From NCBI GenBank assembly GCA_963727445.1, contig CAVSGI010000008.1, forward strand, positions 320,001 through 384,000: 64,000 bases of DNA, given 5' to 3'. Of this stretch, positions 30,295-40,514 are shown one piece after another (position 1 is the first letter of the stretch; every line of letters starts with the position of its first letter). A program made the position numbers and the translations under genes. This stretch comes from an uncultured delta proteobacterium. GTDB lineage: Bacteria; Myxococcota_A; Polyangia; Polyangiales; B10-G4. The notes under the pieces are model-generated. The model was not told the DNA's origin, searched no databases, and worked only from the letters and a program-made list of their open reading frames with translations.

Positions 30295-31863
30295 TCACCC
30301 GGCGTAGCCGCGCAGTATCTGCTTGCGGCGGTCGTCGAGGATGCGGGGAAACTTGGTCTGGACGCTGCCCGAGCCGGCCTCTTGCATGAAGCGCTTCACC
30401 GAGCCGCTGGGCAGCAGAACCAGCTCGGGGGGAAGGATGGCGGTGTCTCCGGAGCGGTGCTCGCGGTAGACCCGGTTCTCGCGACAGAGGGCGTCGTCGA
30501 AGGCGCCGATGAAGGCGTCGACGTCGTTCGGGTGTTGGCCGCCGTCGAACTCGGCGAAGAGCACGTAGCGGCTCTTGGCGCTGTCGTCGATCCCGACATC
30601 GGCCCCGACGCCGTAATCGACCACGGTGCCCTTGGCCGCATTCAGGGCAGCGTCCATGGCGCGCTGGATCTCGACGTGGGTCGTGAGCTCCTGCGTGGTG
30701 GAGAGGCAACCGGAGAGACGGCCGGCGAATTCGACGACATGGGGAGCGGTCGAGGTGAAGCGAACCAGATCGCCCAGCTGGTAGCTGTACATGCCCGAGG
30801 CGTTGGTCACGACGATCGCGTAGTTGGTGTCGGTCTCGACTTCCCACAGCGGCACACGGCGCTGGCTCAGCTGGCCGTCGCTCGTGAGGGGCACGAACTC
30901 GAAGAAGACCCCGCGGTGCGGGATCATGAGCATGCCCTCCCTGCCCGACGCGAAGGCCGTCGAGGCGAAGACGCCGCCCTCGGTGGCGTTGTAGGTGTCG
31001 ATGAGCTCGATCTCGTGGCCCACGCGCTCGCGGATCACCGGCAGGTACGGCGCCGCCGCCACGCCGCCGCCCAGAAGGACGCGCAGGTTCGGCCAGAGCT
31101 CGCCCACGCTGGAGACCTTGCGTCCGCGCCGCTGCGCCGCCTCGAGGAGCTTGTCGAAGAGCAGGGAGAACCAGCAGGTGGTGCCGGTCACCATCCGCAC
31201 GTCGTAGTCGAGGTAGCGGTCGGCGATGCGGTCGAGCTTCGCGTCGTAGTCCGCGATGCACATCGTCGGACGATCGGGCAGGTACACCGGCTTGGTGAGC
31301 GCCGGCAGGTTCTTCGCCATGAGCGCCGGGTTGCAGGTGACCTTGATCGGCCCCTCCTGGCGCATGGTGAGCGGCGGAACCAGGTTCATCACGAACCCGT
31401 CGGTGAAGTCGCGGACGTCGCGCGCCACCAGGTAGCGCGAGAGCGCGTCACCGCCGTTGCCGCGCTGATAGGCGACCTGGCGATCGGTGATCGGCAGGTA
31501 CTTGACCTTGTGCTCGTTGGTGCTGCCGGAGGAGTTGCCGAAGTGCTCGACGAACTCGGGCACGAGGATGTTGCGCTCGCCGCGACGCATCCGGTCGAAG
31601 GAGACCGCGTACGTGTCGTAGTCGGCGACCGGGACGCGGCGACGGTAGTCGTCGTAGCTTCGGATCTCGGCGAAGCCATGGGCGCGCCCGAACTCCGTGT
31701 CCTTTGCGTGACGGAGGAGATCGAGGAGCTGTTTGGTCTGGGCAGCCTCGACGTTTTCGAGGGCCCGATCCCATGCGTGCGTCCGGACGTGAGCCACGGC
31801 CAAAAGGCCCAGCCCAGCGACCCTGGGCATGCCGCTCGAGACGAGCGTGCGGCCGCCCACCAT
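30295..31863 (-). CDS. GH3-family (auxin-responsive promoter family) adenylating amide ligase-like protein
   Basis: TEFGRAHGF, SSGST, YNATEG, FFEFVP, VTNASGMYSYQLGDLVRF, QTKFPRI; AAGGAAG SD upstream. Confidence 0.88.
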   Translation of the reverse strand: MVGGRTLVSSGMPRVAGLGLLAVAHVRTHAWDRALENVEAAQTKQLLDLLRHAKDTEFGRAHGFAEIRSYDDYRRRVPVADYDTYAVSFDRMRRGERNILVPEFVEHFGNSSGSTNEHKVKYLPITDRQVAYQRGNGGDALSRYLVARDVRDFTDGFVMNLVPPLTMRQEGPIKVTCNPALMAKNLPALTKPVYLPDRPTMCIADYDAKLDRIADRYLDYDVRMVTGTTCWFSLLFDKLLEAAQRRGRKVSSVGELWPNLRVLLGGGVAAAPYLPVIRERVGHEIELIDTYNATEGGVFASTAFASGREGMLMIPHRGVFFEFVPLTSDGQLSQRRVPLWEVETDTNYAIVVTNASGMYSYQLGDLVRFTSTAPHVVEFAGRLSGCLSTTQELTTHVEIQRAMDAALNAAKGTVVDYGVGADVGIDDSAKSRYVLFAEFDGGQHPNDVDAFIGAFDDALCRENRVYREHRSGDTAILPPELVLLPSGSVKRFMQEAGSGSVQTKFPRILDDRRKQILRGYAG

Positions 31864-32229
31864 TACTTCCTTGGGTGAAAACACGGGATGAAGTCCCCTC
31901 CGATTCGCGGCACCCTTATACGCTTGAAAATTCGACGCGCAAGCAGCCGCCCGGAGCATGCCCTGGGCCCTCTGCGGAATCTCATGCGTAGCGAATTGCG
32001 CACTGAGTCTGGGTGGATGGAGCACGCCACGGAGTGCTGCAGCCGACGTACCAGCGAGGTCGACGCGAAAAGACTGGCCGAACGGCCGGCATTGAGCGTG
32101 CCTAATCCGCCCACCTGAGGTCGGGCGTTCACAGACGGGCGGGATCGGCCTGCGAAAGGCGCTACGCACCTGGGATCGCCCGGCATTCGGCCGGTTGCGG
32201 TGAGGCAGGCAGAACATTAAACCCCCGCC

Positions 32230-33825
32230 ATGCAGACCGTGACGCGCTCCGAGGGTGGAGCCGAATCGGGGGGCCAGCTCACCGGGACGTCGCCGGTGGA
32301 CGGGCGCCCTCTATCCCCCGTGCCGATCGCGACGGCCGCCGACGTTCGTCGCGCTGTCATCGAGGCGCGGGCGGCACAGCGTGGATGGGCAAAGCGATCC
32401 GTCAAAGAGCGCATCGATGCGATGAAGCGTGCGGCCCGACGCATGCTCGACGACCGGGCGACGATCCTCGCGATCCTCGGTCAGGAGATCGGCAAGTTCG
32501 AGGTCGACGGGATCTTCAGCGAGGCCCTCGGCCCGATGGACGTCGTGACCCAATGGGGCTCCGTCGTGAAGAAGGGGCTCGCCGAAAAGCGCGTGCTCTT
32601 GAACCCGGTGGGCTTTCCCGGAAAGAAGGCGAGCCATCGCCTGGTGCCGCGCGGCGTCATCGGCTGCATCACGCCGTGGAACTATCCGATCGCCACCTTC
32701 TTCCGTCCGGTGATCCCCGCGCTCCTCTGCGGCAACGGCGTCGTCATCAAGCCGTCGGAGCACGCGCCGCGCGCGGCCGATTGGTTCGTGACGCACCTCT
32801 GCGCCGAGCTTCCCGAGGGCCTGGTGCAGGTGGTGCACGGGCGCGGTGAGGTCGGCGCGATGCTCCTCGACAGCGGCATCGACGCCTGCACCTTCACCGG
32901 CTCGGTCGCGACCGGCAGGAAGGTCGCCGCGAAGTGCGCGGAGCTCCTGATCCCCTCGAGCATCGAGCTCGGCGGCAAAGACCCGGCGATCGTCCTCGAC
33001 GACGCCGACCTCACGCGCACGGCGGCGGGGATCGCGCATTGGTCGCTGCACAACGCGGGTCAGGCGTGCGCGGCCATCGAGGTGGTGATCGCACAACGCG
33101 GCATCGCCGATGCCCTGGTCGAACGACTGAAGCGCGGCTTCGAGCGACTGAGCGTCGGGGCGGACCGCTTCGCCGAGACCGATCTCTCACCCCTCGCCAC
33201 CGAGGCGCAGCTCGAGACCGTCGAGCGTCACGTGAAGGACGCGCTCGACAAGGGCGCTACGCTTGTGACCGGCGGGAAGCGCACGGGCGAAGGGCTCTGC
33301 TACCAGCCGACGATCCTCGACGGCTGCACCGAGGACATGCTGGTGGTGCGCGAGGAGACCTTCGGCCCGGTGGTGGCCATCGTCCGCGTGGACGGGGTCG
33401 AGGACGCGATCCGGTTGACCAACGCGTCGCAGTACGGCCTCACCGCTTCCGTCTGGAGCAAGGACGTGGCGCGGGCCGAGCGCATCGCCGAGCGCCTCGA
33501 GGTGGGCACGGTGACCATCAACAACCACTCGGTCACCGGCGCGATGACCGCCCTGCCCTGGAGCGGCACCCGCAACACCGGCCCCGGCATCGCCAATTCG
33601 TCGTACGCGCTGACGCTCTTCTGCCGCCCGAAGTCACTCCTGGTCGACAAGAACAAGGACCCGGATCCCTTCTGGCTGCCCTTCGACCGCGATCTCTACG
33701 ACCTCGGTGATCTGCTGGCGGACGCCATGATCGGGCGCGTCGGTCAGGCTTTCCGAATCCCCCTTCTGGCCCTGGCGCGCACCAGGACCATCAAGCGTTT
33801 CTGGGGACCCCGGGGAGGCGCGTGA
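32230..33825 (+). CDS. Aldehyde dehydrogenase
   Basis: ITPWNYP, KPSE, FTGSVATG, ELGGKDP, NAGQAC, EETFGPV. Confidence 0.93.
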   Translation: MQTVTRSEGGAESGGQLTGTSPVDGRPLSPVPIATAADVRRAVIEARAAQRGWAKRSVKERIDAMKRAARRMLDDRATILAILGQEIGKFEVDGIFSEALGPMDVVTQWGSVVKKGLAEKRVLLNPVGFPGKKASHRLVPRGVIGCITPWNYPIATFFRPVIPALLCGNGVVIKPSEHAPRAADWFVTHLCAELPEGLVQVVHGRGEVGAMLLDSGIDACTFTGSVATGRKVAAKCAELLIPSSIELGGKDPAIVLDDADLTRTAAGIAHWSLHNAGQACAAIEVVIAQRGIADALVERLKRGFERLSVGADRFAETDLSPLATEAQLETVERHVKDALDKGATLVTGGKRTGEGLCYQPTILDGCTEDMLVVREETFGPVVAIVRVDGVEDAIRLTNASQYGLTASVWSKDVARAERIAERLEVGTVTINNHSVTGAMTALPWSGTRNTGPGIANSSYALTLFCRPKSLLVDKNKDPDPFWLPFDRDLYDLGDLLADAMIGRVGQAFRIPLLALARTRTIKRFWGPRGGA

Positions 33826-35771
33826 ACGCACCCCACCCTCGTTTCGGCGGGCTACTCCCGGCCCCCTCGCTGACCCGCGATCAGCGCTTCTCGAAGCGCA
33901 CGCGGCGGCTCGTGCTCGCTTTCGCGGAGGCGATCCTTCCCGGCGGCGAAGGCGCGCCCGGCGCGGACGAGCGTGTGGTGGACCTCATCGAGCAGTACCT
34001 GGCCCGCAAGGGGATGGAGCCGCTGATGCCGGTGGTGGGCGCGGCCCTGGGCGCTCTCGATGCGACCGCGCTGGTCTTCTACCGCCGTCGCTTCGTGAAC
34101 CTCAGCCGGGCCGAGCAGCAGGAGCACCTCGATCGACTCTCCCGCAGGCGGGCGACGCAGATCCCGGTCCATCTGCTCGCCGCGCTCCTCAAGCTCCTCC
34201 ACTTCGACCAGACCCAGGTCCTCGAAGCTCTGGGGGGCGAGCGCAAGAAGGTCCTCCCGGAGGCACCGCCGAGCTGGAAGCAGAACGTGATCAGCGCGGC
34301 GCGCTGGGACCCCGAGGAGACCATCGAGTGCGACGTGGTCGTGGTGGGTACGGGCGCCGGAGGCGGTGTGGTCGGCGCCGAGCTCGCCGAACGCGGTCAC
34401 GCCGTCCTCTTCGTCGAAGAGGGCGAGTACTACGACCGGAGCACCTTCGAGCACAGTCAGGTGGAGGCCTTCGAGCACTACTACCACAACGGCGTCTGGG
34501 TCTTCGGCAACAACGTGTTCCCGATCTTCAGCGGCAGGATGGTCGGCGGGTCGACCGCCGTGAACACCGGCACCTCGCTCAGGCCGCCGAACTTCATCAT
34601 CGACGAGTGGGCCGAGCGCCTGAAGTCGGACGACTTCTCCGTCGAGGGTCTCGAGCGCTACTTCCACCGCGTCGAACAGCGGCTCGGCGTGACCACGCAC
34701 TCCCCCGAGCACATCGGGCCCATCGGAGACGTGATTGCCCGCGGCTGCGACGCCCTCGGGTGGAGCCACTACGCCCTGCCTCGGAACGCCCCGGACTGCA
34801 CCGGCGAAGGCTTCTGCTCCTACGGGTGTCGCACGGGCGCCAAACGAAGCACCGACGTCAGCTACGTCCCCGCGGCACTGAAGAACAGCGCCATGCTGCT
34901 GACGGGAATGCGCGCCGACGAGGTGATCGTCGAGAACGGACGCGCGGTGGGGCTCCGCGGCCATGCGAAGGCCAATGGGCAGCACATCGAGGTCCGCGCC
35001 AAGAAGGTCGTGATCAGCGGCAACGCCATCAACACCCCTCTGATGTTGATGAAGCAGGGGATCTGCAATCGAAGCGGTCAGCTCGGCCGTAACCTCACGC
35101 TGCATCCGTCCACGGGTCTGTCCGGGCTGTACGACGAGCTGATCGACGGCACGCACCACATCCCGCAGGGCTACGGAACGCAGCAGTTCATCGACGAGGG
35201 GATCCTGATCAACGCAGCGAACGCCGATCCCACGGTGTATCCGATGATCCTCGCGCTCACCGGCCGGCCCCTGATGCAGCACGTCGCCCTGCAGGACCAC
35301 ATGGTGGGGCTCGGGATCCTCGCGCACGATCACGGAGACGGCGGGCGTGTGTGGTGGAGCGCCAAGGGCCACCCCCTCATCACCTACAACCTCACGCCCG
35401 CGGACGTGCACTGCCTGCATCAGGGTCTGGTGCGCGGCACCCAGATGCTCGCGGCCGCGGGCGCCAAGAAGATCTTCCCGGGCATGATGAACATGCCCAT
35501 CCTCGAGGGCCCCGAGGACATCCAACGCCTCACCGACATGGACCCCAAGGCGGGCGACTTCATCCTGATCAGCTACCACCCGCTCGGCACCGCGAAGATG
35601 GGCCGCGACCCGCGCACCAGCGTGGTGGACCTCTACCAGGAGAGCCACGACGTGAAGGACCTTCACATCATCGACGGCTCGTCGATCCCCGGCGCCCCGG
35701 CGGTGAACCCACAGATCACGATCATGGCCTTCGCCACGCGCGCGGCCGAGCGCATCCACGACGGGCTATAG
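33822..35771 (+). CDS. GMC-family oxidoreductase (long-chain alcohol oxidase-like) with N-terminal helical extension
   Basis: DVVVVGTGAGGG, GRMVGGSTAVN, CxxxGFCSYGC, GRNLTLHP, YHPLGTAKMG, VNPQITIMA; GTGA overlap with the ALDH. Confidence 0.9.
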   Translation: MNAPHPRFGGLLPAPSLTRDQRFSKRTRRLVLAFAEAILPGGEGAPGADERVVDLIEQYLARKGMEPLMPVVGAALGALDATALVFYRRRFVNLSRAEQQEHLDRLSRRRATQIPVHLLAALLKLLHFDQTQVLEALGGERKKVLPEAPPSWKQNVISAARWDPEETIECDVVVVGTGAGGGVVGAELAERGHAVLFVEEGEYYDRSTFEHSQVEAFEHYYHNGVWVFGNNVFPIFSGRMVGGSTAVNTGTSLRPPNFIIDEWAERLKSDDFSVEGLERYFHRVEQRLGVTTHSPEHIGPIGDVIARGCDALGWSHYALPRNAPDCTGEGFCSYGCRTGAKRSTDVSYVPAALKNSAMLLTGMRADEVIVENGRAVGLRGHAKANGQHIEVRAKKVVISGNAINTPLMLMKQGICNRSGQLGRNLTLHPSTGLSGLYDELIDGTHHIPQGYGTQQFIDEGILINAANADPTVYPMILALTGRPLMQHVALQDHMVGLGILAHDHGDGGRVWWSAKGHPLITYNLTPADVHCLHQGLVRGTQMLAAAGAKKIFPGMMNMPILEGPEDIQRLTDMDPKAGDFILISYHPLGTAKMGRDPRTSVVDLYQESHDVKDLHIIDGSSIPGAPAVNPQITIMAFATRAAERIHDGL

Positions 35772-35788
35772 GATGACGAGCGCGCGAC

Positions 35789-36913
35789 TCACATGAACAT
35801 CCCGTCGCCGAAGCTCACGCCGACGTCGACGCACCACACGCTGATCCCGTCCAGGTCGTTCAGCGTCTTGCCCGCGGGCAGGGTGAGGGTCAGGGTGTCG
35901 CCCGAGTACCCGCCGGCGCGGATGATGTCGTCGCTGATGGCGAAGCCGGCGTTGTAGTCGCCGCCCAGGCCACCGTAGATGCGCACGTCGATGCCGGTGC
36001 CGTCGTAGCCGAAATCCTCGATGACGATGGTGCAGTCGTCGACGATCGTCGCGGTGCCGGTGGTCCCGTGGAAGAGCGTCGAGAGCATGGCGGTCTGGCC
36101 CACCTTCGCGTGCGTGCTGTCGCAGCCGCTCGAGCCGCTGTCGACGACGCCGCCGTCGCTCGTGGTGGCGTCGGGCACGCCGCCGTCGGGCGCGCCGCCG
36201 TCGGACATCGACATCTCTTCGGAGTGCTGCTCGACGTAGGCGACCACGTCGAGCAGCTCGTCGTCGGAGAGGCGGTCGAGACCCCAGAACGGCATCACGC
36301 CCCCGGTGAGCCCGTCGTAGACCGTGCTGTCGATCCGCCCGCTGGTGCGCACCCGTCGCGCGATGTAGTCGCGGGCGAGAGGCGCGAAGATGAGCGGCGG
36401 CGCCTTCTCCGTACCCACCGCGTCCTCGCCGTGGCAGGCCACGCAGCGCGTGTTGAAGAGCTCGCGGCCGTGCATCGGATCGCCCCCCGAGAGATTGGCC
36501 GGGGGCGTGCCGATCTGGATGTCGACCGCGGGGGCCGCGCCCGCGGGCGCCTGCGCTTCGAGGAACGCGAGGAGGCTCGTCCAGCGCGTGTCGGTCTCGG
36601 ACCACGCCGACCCGTTCATCCACTCCGTCACGCAGCTGTTGACCGCGTCGCGGAGCGAAGTGAGCGTCCCGCCCTTGTAGGAGGGCCTGTTCACCGCGTC
36701 CCCGATCGGGTGACCCGGCCGGGTGATGCCGTCGTCCGCTGGTTCGACGAGCGCGTGGCAGGTAGCGCAGGTGAAGGTGTTCCCGTCCTCCAGCGTCGAC
36801 AGATAGACCTCTTCGCCCGCCATCACGCTCCCCGCCGGAGGTGGATCCTCCCCGCAACCAGCGAGGATCGGGATGACGATGAAGCCGAAGAGAAAGCCCA
36901 GCCGATGGTCCAT
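35789..36913 (-). CDS. Diheme c-type cytochrome lipoprotein fused to a C-terminal DM13 domain
   Basis: ILAGC lipobox; CATCH and CVACH; HGTTGTATIVDDCTIVIEDFGYDG...ISVWCVDVGVSFG. Confidence 0.82.
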   Translation of the reverse strand: MDHRLGFLFGFIVIPILAGCGEDPPPAGSVMAGEEVYLSTLEDGNTFTCATCHALVEPADDGITRPGHPIGDAVNRPSYKGGTLTSLRDAVNSCVTEWMNGSAWSETDTRWTSLLAFLEAQAPAGAAPAVDIQIGTPPANLSGGDPMHGRELFNTRCVACHGEDAVGTEKAPPLIFAPLARDYIARRVRTSGRIDSTVYDGLTGGVMPFWGLDRLSDDELLDVVAYVEQHSEEMSMSDGGAPDGGVPDATTSDGGVVDSGSSGCDSTHAKVGQTAMLSTLFHGTTGTATIVDDCTIVIEDFGYDGTGIDVRIYGGLGGDYNAGFAISDDIIRAGGYSGDTLTLTLPAGKTLNDLDGISVWCVDVGVSFGDGMFM

Positions 36914-37067
36914 GACATGAGCGTAGTCGGCCGGCGCTGATTCGTTACACCCAATCACCGACTTGTGGGCTGCGATCGCACCTGTGCGCAGGACCTCCTA
37001 CGAAAATGCGTGTGGATCAAACTCGAGGTCTCCCCGTGCGATCCCGTCACTGATACCCCAACGACTC

Positions 37068-37319
37068 ATGAGCGACGCCTGCCACTTCACCACGATGCTC
37101 AACCGCGGCTCCCGCCGCTTGGGCGTAGTCCTGATGCCCTATCTCGGCCGTGCCCGTGCCCACCATCGTGGGAGCGTCATCGCCCAGACCCTCCTCGAGG
37201 GCCGCGGCGATCCGCTGAGCGTGGCGACGAGCCTGCTGCCCGAGCTTCCGGGTACGACGCGCCGGCGCGCGGCCGCGCACGTCGCACGCGCGTGGCTGAG
37301 CCTCAGCGCGGCTCGCTGA
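37068..37319 (+). CDS. Small hypothetical protein
   Basis: An 83 aa ORF fills the gap between two minus-strand genes; no recognisable motif. Confidence 0.4.
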   Translation: MSDACHFTTMLNRGSRRLGVVLMPYLGRARAHHRGSVIAQTLLEGRGDPLSVATSLLPELPGTTRRRAAAHVARAWLSLSAAR

Positions 37320-38925
37320 CCTCGATCACGACGAACATCGAGCGGGGCCGGCGCGATACGTCGCCCACCGTGAGCGTGCCCGCGCCGGTGTCGAGGAGGA
37401 GCTGCGGCGATCCGTCGAAGGGCGTGGTCTCGAAGTCCCGCGCGACGATGTCGGAGCGGGTCACTTCGCACGAAGCCCAGGCCTCTTCCGCGCCACCGTA
37501 GATGGCGTCCCCGCCGCAGCGCACGGTCAGGCGGCAATGGCCGCCGTCGGCGCTCGCGTCGTAGACGATGGCGCAGAACGATCCGTTCGCCGGCGCCCCG
37601 GGACCACGGGCCTGGGTCACGCGGCCCGGGTAGCTGCGCGGAGGCACGGCCCGGGTCTCGCAGCGGTCCTCGACGATCCGTCGCTCGCAGGCCTTCTCCC
37701 GATAGGCGCGCACGCGGCTGGGATCGTTCTGCACCAGATCCGCGAGGCGGATGCACGAGTCGGGGTGTCCTCCGTCGCAGGCCATGTGATAGAGGGGCTC
37801 CGCCTGCTCCGGGTCCTGCTCGACGCCTCGCCCTGCGTCGTACGCCGCGGCGAGCGCGCCGCACGCGCGGGGGATCTCACCCGTGTCACAAGCGCGGCGA
37901 AAATACTCCACCGCGACCGCCGCGTCGGAACGCCCGCGCCGATCGCGCTCGATCGCGCCCAGCCGATAACAGGCGAGGCCGCTCCGTCGCTCACAGGCCC
38001 GGGTGTAGAGCTCGCGCGCCCGCCCGGGGTTGGGGCGCCGTCCAATCCCCAGCTCTTCGATCTCACCCAGGTGCGCGCAGGCGGCCCAGTGCTCGGCGCG
38101 ACAACCTGCCTCGAGCAGCTCGCGGGCCTGACCAGTGTCGGGCGGGATGCCGTGATCGCCTCGCACGAAAGCCACGGCGAGGTGGGTGCAACCGTCGAGG
38201 TCCCCGCCGGTGCAGCCACGCTGCCAGAGCTCGCCGATCCGGCTCCGCTCCTCGGGCTCGTGGTCGCGCGCGAACATGTTGGCGAGCAGGGTGCAGCCGC
38301 GCGGGCGGTCGGCGTCGCACATGCTCTCGTAGAGCTGCACCAAAGACGCGCGATCGTTGAGTCCGACGTAATGATCGGCGACCTTGCGACAAGCGAGATC
38401 GTTCCCCGCCTCGCACCCCTTCTGGAAGAACGCGACCGCCCCTTCGATGTCGCGCGCCGAGCCGCGCCCGGCGTGAAGAAGCTCGCCCGCGGCCAGACAC
38501 GACTCGGGGTCGTCCGCGTCGCATGCGCGCCGCGCGGCGGTCAGCCCGAGCGCGTCGTCCGGGCCTTCGGGCCGTGCGGCCACGTAGACCCCGATCCGGC
38601 GGCACGCGTCGATAGAGCCACGCTCGCAACTGGCGCCGAGCAGTCTGAGGGCGCGACCCGGCTCGTGCTCGACCTCCTCGCCCTCGAGCAGAAAGACCCC
38701 CAGCGCATCGCAGGCCGCTCGCTCGCCGGCCGCGCACTCGTTGTCGAGGTCCATCACCACCAGGGACGCCTCGTGCGGATCGTGAAGGAAGCGCTCGACG
38801 ACCGCCTCGCAGCTCATCGCGTGACCACCGCAGCCGCCTTCGGGAGAGGTCGAGGGTGGGGGCGAAGAGGCGCCTCCACAACTGATGATGAAGACCCCCA
38901 AGACAGTGACTGACGCCCGACGCAT
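37303..38925 (-). CDS. Sel1-like repeat lipoprotein
   Basis: IISC lipobox; about 9 repeats of A..xxxxACxxGxxxACxxLG. Confidence 0.85.
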   Translation of the reverse strand: MRRASVTVLGVFIISCGGASSPPPSTSPEGGCGGHAMSCEAVVERFLHDPHEASLVVMDLDNECAAGERAACDALGVFLLEGEEVEHEPGRALRLLGASCERGSIDACRRIGVYVAARPEGPDDALGLTAARRACDADDPESCLAAGELLHAGRGSARDIEGAVAFFQKGCEAGNDLACRKVADHYVGLNDRASLVQLYESMCDADRPRGCTLLANMFARDHEPEERSRIGELWQRGCTGGDLDGCTHLAVAFVRGDHGIPPDTGQARELLEAGCRAEHWAACAHLGEIEELGIGRRPNPGRARELYTRACERRSGLACYRLGAIERDRRGRSDAAVAVEYFRRACDTGEIPRACGALAAAYDAGRGVEQDPEQAEPLYHMACDGGHPDSCIRLADLVQNDPSRVRAYREKACERRIVEDRCETRAVPPRSYPGRVTQARGPGAPANGSFCAIVYDASADGGHCRLTVRCGGDAIYGGAEEAWASCEVTRSDIVARDFETTPFDGSPQLLLDTGAGTLTVGDVSRRPRSMFVVIEVSEPR

Positions 38926-39041
38926 GGGCGGCGATTGTACACATGCGCGGGGGCTGGTTGGCTCGGGTCGATAGACTCCATCGTGCCAAGAACGCACGGA
39001 CGACGTGGGGGAAAGTCGTGCGATCTCCTACCCCCACATAC

Positions 39042-39057
39042 CGGCATGGCGCCTGCA
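39042..39057 (+). promoter_or_regulatory. Possible sigma54 promoter
   Basis: CGGCATGGCGCCTGCA has GG-N10-GC spacing and ends 13 bp before the ATG at 39071. Confidence 0.3.
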
Positions 39058-39070
39058 CAGGGGCGCGCCC

Positions 39071-40507
39071 ATGGGTGGCAATGGTTGGGCGAGGTCTGCC
39101 CTCGCAGTGATTTCTTGGTTTCTCTTCCTCTGGATGGCGGCCTGCAGCGCCGATGGAGGCCGCTCGCTGCGGGGCGACGGTGGGTCCACACCGCCCCCGG
39201 ACTCTGACAGCGGCACCACCACTCCGCCTCCGCCCACCGGCGACGGCGGCACCACGACGCCACCGCCGGCGCCGCGCCCCGGCGATCGCGACGCCGACGG
39301 ACTGCCCGACGAGGACGAAGCCACCCGCGGCACCGACCCCGACAACCAGGACACCGACGGTGACGGGATCAGCGACGGCGTGGAGGTGCTCGCCGGCACC
39401 GATCCCACCGACCCGGCGAGCTCCATCCCTGTGACCGACTTCTACGTGGTCCTTCCCTACATGGGATCGCCGGAGCTCCGCGAGCTCGACTTCCGCGCGC
39501 GGCTCGGCAAGGGCGACGTCTTCTTCCTGGTCGACACCACCGGCAGCATGGGCGTGGCCATCGGCAACGTGCGCTCGTCTTTGTCGAGCACCATCGTGCC
39601 GGCGGTGGAGGACGCCATCGCCGACGTTCGCATGGGCGTCGGCGATTACCGCGACTTCCCCACCGGATCCTACGGCGACGCCGGGGACTGGCCGTATCGC
39701 CTGAGGCAGGCGATGACCGAGGACGTGTCTGCGGTGCAGACGGCGCTCAACGCGCTCGCCGCCGGCGGCGGCAACGACGGCCCCGAGGCGATGCTCGAGG
39801 GGCTCCACGGCGCGGTGACCGGCGGCGGCGGCGCAGGCTTCGGCACCGCGGAGTTCCGCACCGACAGCCACCCGATCATCGTGGTCGTCACTGACGCCCA
39901 GTCGCACAACAACCCGACCGGCGACGCCAACTACGACTCCTCGGTCCCCGCGCACTCCTGGTCCGAAACCATGAGCGCGTTGAACGCGCAGAACGTGAAG
40001 ATCGTCGGCGCCGCCGTGGGCTCGTCGCCGATCCCCCTGCCCTTTCCCATCCCGGGCGGCAGCACCCGCGACCTCGAGCAGCTCGCCCGCGACACGCGCA
40101 GCAACGCGCTCGACGGCTCGCTCACCGTCTACGAGTCGCCGGGCGGCTCGGTGGACACCTCCGTGGTCGACGGTATCGTCGATTTGGTCGGCGCCGAGAC
40201 CCAGGACGTGACCTCCCGTCAGATCGACGACCCCTCCGACATGGTCGACGCCACCCAGTTCATCCAGTCGGTGGCCCCGCTCCGCGCCACGCGCGCCACG
40301 AGCTTCGACGCGACCACCTTCTACGGCGTCGCCGGCGGCACGACCATCACCTTCCAGGTCACGTTCCTGAACGACTTCCTGCCGGAGCAGACCTACGTGC
40401 AGATCTTCCAGGCGCAGATCGAGGTGCACGACGTGCCCGCCGAGACGCGCCTCGACATCCGCAACGTCTACATCGTGGTCCCCGCCATCGGCGGCACGCT
40501 GATCTGA
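39071..40507 (+). CDS. VWA-domain lipoprotein with TSP3-like Ca-binding repeats
   Basis: MAAC lipobox; DADGLPDEDE...DTDGDGISDGVE; DVFFLVDTTGSM (MIDAS-like); GGNDGPEA; VVVTDA. Confidence 0.85.
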   Translation: MGGNGWARSALAVISWFLFLWMAACSADGGRSLRGDGGSTPPPDSDSGTTTPPPPTGDGGTTTPPPAPRPGDRDADGLPDEDEATRGTDPDNQDTDGDGISDGVEVLAGTDPTDPASSIPVTDFYVVLPYMGSPELRELDFRARLGKGDVFFLVDTTGSMGVAIGNVRSSLSSTIVPAVEDAIADVRMGVGDYRDFPTGSYGDAGDWPYRLRQAMTEDVSAVQTALNALAAGGGNDGPEAMLEGLHGAVTGGGGAGFGTAEFRTDSHPIIVVVTDAQSHNNPTGDANYDSSVPAHSWSETMSALNAQNVKIVGAAVGSSPIPLPFPIPGGSTRDLEQLARDTRSNALDGSLTVYESPGGSVDTSVVDGIVDLVGAETQDVTSRQIDDPSDMVDATQFIQSVAPLRATRATSFDATTFYGVAGGTTITFQVTFLNDFLPEQTYVQIFQAQIEVHDVPAETRLDIRNVYIVVPAIGGTLI

Positions 40508-40514
40508 GCCGGGC

